Assembly: GCA_963770895.1 (NCBI GenBank)
Contig: CAVYRF010000001.1
Coordinates: 1,632,001-1,696,000 of the forward strand
Direction of reading: 5' to 3'
DNA from: an uncultured Acidobacteriota bacterium
Lineage (GTDB): Bacteria > Acidobacteriota > Thermoanaerobaculia > Multivoradales > UBA5704
Length of the DNA: 64,000 nucleotides
The translations under genes were made by a program, and so were the position numbers. The notes below the pieces were generated by a model. The model ran no database searches. It worked only from the letters and a program-made list of their open reading frames with translations, and had not been told where the DNA came from. Shown here one piece after another: positions 57,442-64,000 of the stretch. The number at the start of each line of letters is the position of its first letter. The first letter of the stretch is position 1.

Positions 57442-58467
57442 CTACTTTCCTCCCTTGGCAATCGGAGACGGTGTGGAGGCCGCCGCGGCGGCTGCGATCG
57501 AGTCGGCGGCGATACCGGTGAAGCTGTTGGCGTGGCCGGCACAGGAGCCGGTGGCGGCATATTGCGGCGCGTCGCCGGCGGCGCGGCGGATGGCGGCGGT
57601 CGTCTGGAAGGCGGCTTCGACGGAGGCCGAACCGCGGTTTGTGGACACCGCGACGCTGCTCGTGAAGCCTTCCGCCGCATCGCCTGGCGCAGGCTCCGAC
57701 CCGGAGGGGGTGCCGGCGGCATCGGCTGCAGGCGCCATGGCGGCGAGCCACAGCGGCCGCACGAACGGTTCGCAGCGCACCTCGTGGTGCTCGTCGGTGC
57801 TCGACACGGCGACGACGTTACGGCCCAGGGCGACAGCAGCCGTGACGAAGCCGCCCGAGTAGCAGGGATCGGCAATCAGGATGAGCTTGCCAAAAGGCAG
57901 CACGGCGATCCGCTGCAGCAGATCGTTCGCCGAGATCGAGCCGTGCCGCAGTCCCAGCACCGTGTGGCCAAAGGCGCGGTAGGCATGGCCCGTCAGATAG
58001 ACCAGCAGCAAGTCGCCGGGGCGCAGCCGCTCCCGCAGGCTCGACACCGCCTGCCGCAAGCCCTCGTCGCTGGCGTCGCGGCGCCAGATCGGGACGACAC
58101 CCGCCGCGGCGCCGTTGCCGTCCCTGTCTTCGCCGGCGGCATTTGTCACACCCGCCGCCGGCGCCAGCGCGAACGTATCGGCCGGTGCATAGCCCAGGCG
58201 GGGCAGTGCGGTGAGCGCCAGGGCGACGTTCATGTTGTGGGTGAAGGCGTCGTCGCCGTTGATGATCAGTGCAAACTGGCGGGCGACCGGCTGCCGGGCA
58301 GCCCTCCCATTGCCGTCGGTCGCCACGCCCGCAGCCGTCGGTCCGGACGACGCAGCCATGCCGGCAGCTGGCAATCCGAACGTCGCGGCCACCGCCAGCG
58401 CCACGCCAATCGCAAACTCCGGGAATCGCCCGGCGCGGCGACCGCGCTCGGCATTTCTGCGTTTCAT
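57442..58467 (-). CDS. Secreted caspase/legumain-clan (C13/C14-like) cysteine peptidase
   Basis: Signal peptide; FALIING, DLLLVYLTGH (His), LIADPCYSGGF (Cys); RBS GGAGG. Confidence 0.82.
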   Translation of the reverse strand: MKRRNAERGRRAGRFPEFAIGVALAVAATFGLPAAGMAASSGPTAAGVATDGNGRAARQPVARQFALIINGDDAFTHNMNVALALTALPRLGYAPADTFALAPAAGVTNAAGEDRDGNGAAAGVVPIWRRDASDEGLRQAVSSLRERLRPGDLLLVYLTGHAYRAFGHTVLGLRHGSISANDLLQRIAVLPFGKLILIADPCYSGGFVTAAVALGRNVVAVSSTDEHHEVRCEPFVRPLWLAAMAPAADAAGTPSGSEPAPGDAAEGFTSSVAVSTNRGSASVEAAFQTTAAIRRAAGDAPQYAATGSCAGHANSFTGIAADSIAAAAAASTPSPIAKGGK

Positions 58468-58742
58468 GATTTGCCTCCGTTTTCGACGAAGCCCAGATTA
58501 GGGCTCGCGGCAAGGAGGCAAAATCGGCGGGAAAGCCGACTTCAGATCGGCAAGAGTCGAGTTCGCGTGTAAGACAGAATGCTACAGGGCGTAGGAGTCC
58601 CCGCCAGGGGCCCAGCGATCATCCGGCAGGTTCAGGGCATGACCGCCCTGGAAAATGACTGCCGCCGCCCGGCCAGGGCAGCCAGGTTTCGTGAGGTCCG
58701 GCGCCCCCCGTACGGAGGGGAGGGACGCTGCCGCAACGTTCG

Positions 58743-61196
58743 CTACTTGAACGAGAAGGTCGGCGGCTTGGCCGCTGGGGTCGTCCAGTGGACCTTCAGG
58801 AATTCCCGCACCTCGGCGAGGGCCTCAAAACTTGCGGCTGGGCCCATGGCCGCGTCTTCGAGATCCGTCCAGACGGTGCGTAGCTGCTCGTGGCCGAGGC
58901 CCAACCGGTCAAGTCGGTCGACCGCACTACGGCAGAGGGCCACCGCCTTGTCTGTTGCGCCTCGGCGAATATGGACTTCAAAGAGGTATAGGAGATCGAG
59001 AAATGCCTCGCGGTAAGCTTCTTGATCGAATGCATGCGCGATCAGCGCTTCGAAGAGCTGCACCGCCTCCTTGGTGCGACCCAGGGCCTCCAGCAGTCTT
59101 GCAGCGAGGAAGTCACCGCGTCGCCTGGTGGTCGGCGGCGCATTGGAGCCACGCAGCGGCTCCGCCTGATCAAACACCTGCAACGCCTGGTCGATTTCGC
59201 CCAGGTCGATCAGGCAGTCGGTGCGGATGAACTCGGCCAGGCATCGCAAGGCGGTATCCGTGGACGGAATGATAGGTATTGCCTGCGCCACGACTGTCAA
59301 TGCCCGCCCTGGGTCAGTGTCCAGGAGTGTGTGCGCCATCTGCACCATGGTCCGGGCGACAAGCGGCCAAGCCTGGTTGCTTTCGTAAAGCTGAATGCAG
59401 TCTTCGAGCGCAGCCAAGGCCTCGACGCGGAGCCCTTGATCCGCCGAAAGAGATGCAGCGATCGATTGTGCCCTTGTTCTTAGTAGAGGCTCGCCAGTGC
59501 CCTGGTCCAAGTGCTTCCTGGCTTGTACAAGGGCGGCGGTTGCCTTGCTCCATTCGGATGCGACACGGCGGGCATTTGCAACCTCTGCCCACAGCCGCGC
59601 TTGCAGGTCATGCTTGAGCGAGGCGGGTGCATCCATAGCTGCAATCGCCTGCAAGGCCAAGCTTGCCGTGAATTCGGCGTCATCGCGGGAATCTGCCTGA
59701 CAAACGCCCGCGATGAGCAGGTCCACGAAGGCAGTGGTGTGATACTCGCGAGATTGAATAATTCGCGCACGCTGCTCGCCTCTCGTAGCATGTTGAAGGC
59801 GAGACCAAAGCGCCTTGGCGATAAGTGATTCGACAATCCCCCAAGCCTTGTCGATTTCGAGGCGGTTTACGTGAGAAGGAAGTCGCTCCAGATCTCTTAC
59901 CGGCTTCGGCGCGGAAGGTGAGGCGCGGTTGTCTTGCCCGCTGCAGTTCTCTCGGGCCTCCCTTACCGTCAGTTCGTCCAGGCACCTATTGTGCGCGGCA
60001 GCTACGATCTTTGCCAAGGTCAGTCGGAGCTGTTCGTGAACCGGGACCCCTCTGCGGTCAAGCTCGTCCAGGACGCGTTGTCCCAAACCCGCCGCATGGT
60101 CGATTGATCCGAGCCGCACGTGAAATCCAAAGATATAGAAAAGATCGAGCACCGCATCTTTGATCAGGCCGCGGTCAAGGGCGTCGCTTACTACCGCGTC
60201 AAATAGCACCTCTGCATGTTGAGTATAGCCGATACCTTCGAGAAGGCGCGCCGCAATAAAATTGGAACGCAAATCAGCATTCGGTCGAACGTGCGCTCGC
60301 TGCAGTCGCTCAGACTCGGCAAAGGTGCACAAGGCTTCCTGCAGGCGGCCAAGGACCATCAGGCAGTCGGTGCGGATTCGTTCGGCGTCGGAGCGGAGGC
60401 TGAACTCATCCGATGCGACATAGATTCTTGCTTGGTCCAAGAAGGCCAGTGCCTGCGCCGGCTCATAGTCTGTGACGCAGTTAGCCATTTTGATCAGCAC
60501 CTGGCCCACCAGTGGCCAGTCATTCCGATCGGTATGAATTTTTCGGCACTTGTCCAGCGAAACCATGGCTGGATCCCATCTGCCTTGGTCTCCCAGGAGC
60601 GAGGCCACTATGGAGTGATATCGAGACCTAAGATTTGGGTCGCCCGTACCCGTCGTGCTGAACCCATCGGCCCGAAGCAGCGCTGCTCCGGCGGCCTGCC
60701 ATTCGCCGCGAATTCGGCGCAAGTTTGCGGTTTCAATCCAGATCGCCGCCAGACGATCGTTCTTGAATCCTGCATTTCCTTCGTCCGCGTCCATCCCTTG
60801 CGTCGCGAGCAATGCCAGGTTGCCAACAGATTGGGCTTTTTCCCTTGGCTGAGGTACCCGCAGGACACCCAAAAGAGCGTCGAGAAAGGAAGGCGAATGG
60901 CAGGCGCGGGAAAGGATCACCCTCTCCTTTTGGGCGCCGCGCGTCAGGCGTAGCAACTCACCAAGCTTCGCTCTTGCCAGGAGACGCTCAACCGCGATGC
61001 CTTTTTCAAACGTGGCCAGGTCGATGAGAACCTTTAGAAGCGTCGCACTCTTTGCCGTAAACGGACGTTCCCCCTGGAGACCGAGGGCGAGAGCGCGGCA
61101 GGTGCGGCACACTGCAAGGTGAGCCGCGACCTGCTCGATTTCAGTCCAGCCCCCTTCGCTGGAGCGACATATTTCCTCTTTGGTCAAGTGGTTCAT
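58743..61196 (-). CDS. zf-HC2-like N-terminus plus two tandem copies of a TPR-like helical domain
   Basis: HLAVCRTC; halves share ANxRR..EW..A.AAL...GTG(D/E)P, ASL..DQG, (E)..IRTDCL, F(I/L)AARLLE, LDL.Y.F..H.R.G, HEQLR. Confidence 0.85.
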   Translation of the reverse strand: MNHLTKEEICRSSEGGWTEIEQVAAHLAVCRTCRALALGLQGERPFTAKSATLLKVLIDLATFEKGIAVERLLARAKLGELLRLTRGAQKERVILSRACHSPSFLDALLGVLRVPQPREKAQSVGNLALLATQGMDADEGNAGFKNDRLAAIWIETANLRRIRGEWQAAGAALLRADGFSTTGTGDPNLRSRYHSIVASLLGDQGRWDPAMVSLDKCRKIHTDRNDWPLVGQVLIKMANCVTDYEPAQALAFLDQARIYVASDEFSLRSDAERIRTDCLMVLGRLQEALCTFAESERLQRAHVRPNADLRSNFIAARLLEGIGYTQHAEVLFDAVVSDALDRGLIKDAVLDLFYIFGFHVRLGSIDHAAGLGQRVLDELDRRGVPVHEQLRLTLAKIVAAAHNRCLDELTVREARENCSGQDNRASPSAPKPVRDLERLPSHVNRLEIDKAWGIVESLIAKALWSRLQHATRGEQRARIIQSREYHTTAFVDLLIAGVCQADSRDDAEFTASLALQAIAAMDAPASLKHDLQARLWAEVANARRVASEWSKATAALVQARKHLDQGTGEPLLRTRAQSIAASLSADQGLRVEALAALEDCIQLYESNQAWPLVARTMVQMAHTLLDTDPGRALTVVAQAIPIIPSTDTALRCLAEFIRTDCLIDLGEIDQALQVFDQAEPLRGSNAPPTTRRRGDFLAARLLEALGRTKEAVQLFEALIAHAFDQEAYREAFLDLLYLFEVHIRRGATDKAVALCRSAVDRLDRLGLGHEQLRTVWTDLEDAAMGPAASFEALAEVREFLKVHWTTPAAKPPTFSFK

Positions 61197-61277
61197 TTAA
61201 GTGATTCCTGCCTGACGATGGCGACGCTGGAACTTTAGCCTATCGCGGAATACGGCCGCCAGTACACTGCGGAAAGA

Positions 61278-61311
61278 CGAGGGGGGCGTTTCTTCCTGGA
61301 GCTCCCCCTCG
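61278..61311 (-). terminator. Hairpin/terminator after the peptide gene
   Basis: Minus strand CGAGGGGGAG...CCCCCCTCG followed by TCTTT. Confidence 0.55.
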
Positions 61312-61326
61312 CGGAGCATGCAAGCC

Positions 61327-61422
61327 TCAGCTGTTGGGGTCGTAGCCGGCTCCGTGGTCCGAAATCAGGGAACGAGGAGACGTGCCGAAGAAAGACAGGA
61401 TACGCAGAACCAGTCGAAGCAT
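61327..61422 (-). CDS. 31-aa peptide MLRLVLRILSFFGTSPRSLISDHGAGYDPNS
   Basis: Strong RBS GGAGGGAG 6 nt before ATG; followed by a hairpin; basic/hydrophobic N-terminus and polar DxGxxxDPN C-terminus. Confidence 0.75.
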   Translation of the reverse strand: MLRLVLRILSFFGTSPRSLISDHGAGYDPNS

Positions 61423-61546
61423 GGTTGCTCCCTCCGGGACAGGTGACCGCACGAGCAAGGTGCCGGGCGGAATGGGTGTCCCTATGTCTGGAGTCTCCGC
61501 CTGTCGGGGCCGAAGGACAAGCACATGCTTCGAGACGGGAGCCTCG

Positions 61547-62269
61547 ATGGAGCAAAAAGTGCCGAGAGTGGAAGGATTCAGGGTACCGACTTTAGAGACG
61601 GAGCGCCTGCGGTTGCGGGACCTGCGGGGCAGCGACTTCGAAGACTACGCCCGCATGTATGCGGAACCTGAGGCGGTGCGTTTCCTGGCTACCGGGGAGA
61701 CGTGGGGCCGCGCCAGGGCGTGGCGGCATATGGCGATGGCGGTTGGGCACTGGCAGCTCAATGGAGCCGGGGTGTGGGTGGCGGAAGAGAAGGGGTCTGG
61801 CGCGTTCGTCGGCATGATCGGATTCTGGGAGCCGGAGACCTGGCCTGGCTTCGAGTTGACGTGGCATCTGGCGCCGAAGTTCTGGGGACGCGGGTACGCC
61901 TGCGAAGGGGCGCGGGCGGCCCTTGCGCATGCCTTCCTGGTCTGGCGGCGGGATCGGGTGATGAGCTTGGTGCACCCGCCGAACCTCCGCTCGGTCCGGG
62001 TGGCCGAGCGGATCGGCGAGCGGCTTGACGGCCTTGTCGATCACCTGGGGTCGCCGGTTCTCACCTTTGGGATCGACCGGGAAACCTATCTTCGAGAGGT
62101 TGCCCCGGCGGCGGTGACGGCCCCGCGGGCGGATGAGCGGGCGTATGAACAGGCGGGCGTCTGGCGACTGGATCCGAACCTGGCACTCCGCGGGGCGGTC
62201 GGCGCCCTGCCACCGCAGGACCGCGATGCTGGAGCGTCTTGGGCCCGCGCAAGCAGGAGCGCTGGATAA
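61547..62269 (+). CDS. RimJ/RimL-type GNAT N-acetyltransferase
   Basis: PTLETERLRLR, FWGRGYACEG, NLRSVRVAERIG. Confidence 0.9.
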   Translation: MEQKVPRVEGFRVPTLETERLRLRDLRGSDFEDYARMYAEPEAVRFLATGETWGRARAWRHMAMAVGHWQLNGAGVWVAEEKGSGAFVGMIGFWEPETWPGFELTWHLAPKFWGRGYACEGARAALAHAFLVWRRDRVMSLVHPPNLRSVRVAERIGERLDGLVDHLGSPVLTFGIDRETYLREVAPAAVTAPRADERAYEQAGVWRLDPNLALRGAVGALPPQDRDAGASWARASRSAG

Positions 62270-62271
62270 CG

Positions 62272-63198
62272 ATGCCGACACGCGATGAGATGAAGCTGCT
62301 GCTCCGCATGCTGCGCACCATCCACGGTGGCAGCCAGCAGGAGCTGGGTACGGCAGCGTCGATCGATCGCACGACGATCAGCCGCTTCGAATCGGGCGAT
62401 ATGACTCCTTCGCGCGCCCATCTCACGCGGTTGGCGAAGGCGGCCGGCGTGTCGTTGCCGTTTGCCGAGTCGATCCTGCTGATGGTGGTTCGCCTGCTGC
62501 TGAACCCTGCGATGTCGGACCTGGGCCGCGCGCGGCCGGACGCAGAGGGCGACGCCTTGACGGCCATGGAGCGGGCGGTGGTGGAGACGCTGCGTTTGGG
62601 GGTCGCGGGGTTGCGCTCGGACCAGGTGACGCGCGACGCGGCGGATCGATCGGTGCTCCCGACCGCTGACGACAGGCTTGCCGTGCCAGCGCTTTGGGCG
62701 CGCTTCGCTGCGTGCGGGCTGGAAGAGCGGCGACGGCTGGTCGGGACGTGCACGGAGTTCCAGACCTGGGCGTTCAGCGAACGATTGTGCGAGCAGAGCG
62801 CCCAGGCGGCGGCGGAAGGCTCCGCGCAGGCGCTCGGTCTGGCGAGGCTTGCCCTGATGGCTGCCGAACGCGCGCCCGGCCCGGCCGACTGGAAATCGCA
62901 CTTACGGGGGCATGCCTGGGCGTTCGTGGGCAATGCGCTGCGGGCGGCGGGCGACCTGCCGGCTGCCGGTGCGGCCTTGTCCTTGGCGCGGACGCTGTGG
63001 CGGGAGGGCGCTTCCGGGTACGCCGGCCTGCTGGTGGGCTGGCACATGCCCGCTCTGCAGGCGTCCCTTGCCAGAGGTCAGGGCGAGCAGGGCCGCCCGG
63101 CCGGCGGCAGCGGTGCCTTGCTGGGGGGCGGCCGCGCGGCGATTGGCGCCGCGGCCGCCCCTGGGAGACGGGGCTTGGGGGATGTTGCGAAGGGCTAG
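62272..63198 (+). CDS. XRE-family HTH protein fused to a TPR-like domain (C-terminus degenerate)
   Basis: LRMLR..SQQELG...RTTISRFESG HTH; LWARF...FQTWAFSERL, AWAFVGNALR. Confidence 0.85.
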   Translation: MPTRDEMKLLLRMLRTIHGGSQQELGTAASIDRTTISRFESGDMTPSRAHLTRLAKAAGVSLPFAESILLMVVRLLLNPAMSDLGRARPDAEGDALTAMERAVVETLRLGVAGLRSDQVTRDAADRSVLPTADDRLAVPALWARFAACGLEERRRLVGTCTEFQTWAFSERLCEQSAQAAAEGSAQALGLARLALMAAERAPGPADWKSHLRGHAWAFVGNALRAAGDLPAAGAALSLARTLWREGASGYAGLLVGWHMPALQASLARGQGEQGRPAGGSGALLGGGRAAIGAAAAPGRRGLGDVAKG

Positions 63199-63408
63199 TG
63201 CCCGCGCGGCAGGTCAGGGACAGGGGAAGGCGTTGGTGTCCTGGACCGCTTGGGCTGCTGATGAAGGCTATCCAGGCTCATGTCCTCCCTAGGGGACGAT
63301 TCTCGATTTGCGGCTAAGCCCCGGGGGCCAGCCTGGAAGAGGCGGGGGTGGCAAAACGCCTTGTAGGCACCTGCCGGTGTGCTTGCGGGAGTACGATTGG
63401 CGCGATGA

Positions 63409-63684
63409 GCGAAGGGCTACCTCAACGGCGTTCAACCCGGCAAGGTATTGCTCGACAGCCCAGGTCTACTTATCCGGGCTTTGGCGCCGCAGCAGCTGCT
63501 GGCGATGAAGCTCTGCGCTTGGCGTGACGACGTGGATGTCGCGGATGCAGCGGTCCTTCTGCATGAGCTCCCTGGTGAGCGAGGAGAGGTTTGGAATCAG
63601 ATTCGGCCCTTCCTCGTCCCCGGCCGTGAGCTCAAGGCAGAGTATGCCTTTGACGATCTATGGGAGTCTGAGCGTGGATCTTAG
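63409..63684 (+). pseudogene. 5'-truncated DUF6036-like nucleotidyltransferase (toxin-like) remnant
   Basis: AKGYL...QLLAMKL.AWRD.VDVADA; in-frame TGA at 63406 and no N-terminal NTase motif. Confidence 0.6.
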
Positions 63685-64000
63685 AGACCTGGTAAAGGCT
63701 CTCTTGCAGTTTGAGACGTTGACGGCACGGCAATGGCTCGCAGATGCAACGCGCTCAGGGTTCGTCTGGTCCGATGTTCCCTCCCCTGATGGCCTTGACG
63801 ATACAGAGCGAGCCGTCGCCGCCGGTGTCGCCGAGCTGTTAGCCGCCAGAGCAGGCCAGACGCCACCATCTTGGGCGGCGGCTATCCCGCCGGCACCGAA
63901 GACTCTGTTCCTCGTGCGCTCCGCCGCCACGATGCCGCGCCTTCGTGCCGCATGCGAGCAAGAAGGCCCGGAGCCCTTACGTCGCCGGGGGCTCTTGGCG
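63674..64000 (+). CDS. Putative partner/antitoxin-like protein of the DUF6036-type gene (runs off window)
   Basis: GTG start overlapping the upstream stop; MDLRDLV...AVAAGVAELLAARAG..PPSW...PEPLRRRG. Confidence 0.65.
   Translation, partial: MDLRDLVKALLQFETLTARQWLADATRSGFVWSDVPSPDGLDDTERAVAAGVAELLAARAGQTPPSWAAAIPPAPKTLFLVRSAATMPRLRAACEQEGPEPLRRRGLLA

Overview
High-GC bacterial DNA. The gene content (many TPR-CHAT proteases, ECF sigma/zf-HC2 anti-sigma pairs, TPR/TolB Ser/Thr kinases) suggests Acidobacteriota, probably Thermoanaerobaculia-like; this is inference. Housekeeping genes include ahcY with a clear SAH riboswitch, a Ppx/GppA phosphatase, a fused 2-oxoacid dehydrogenase E1, etfB/etfA, murJ and an amidohydrolase pair. 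They are interleaved with accessory signalling modules. The strongest candidates for undescribed systems are: (i) a 31-aa peptide with a hydrophobic N-terminus ending DHGAGYDPNS (61327-61422), upstream of a duplicated TPR-like protein and near an XRE-HTH protein carrying the same TPR-like domain, an RRNPP-like peptide-signalling layout; (ii) two parallel ECF-sigma / anti-sigma / exported TPR-CHAT protease cassettes, one with embedded micro-ORFs; (iii) a CHAT-led membrane operon with a probable frameshift and a RHIM-like linker; (iv) several small peptides (an 8-Cys secreted peptide, a PxPxC repeat peptide), a tandem-kinase receptor, a toxin-like secreted protein, a diheme Ig-like protein and an amino-acid oxidase plus keto-acid decarboxylase pair. 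No rRNA, tRNA, CRISPR array or transposase was seen.
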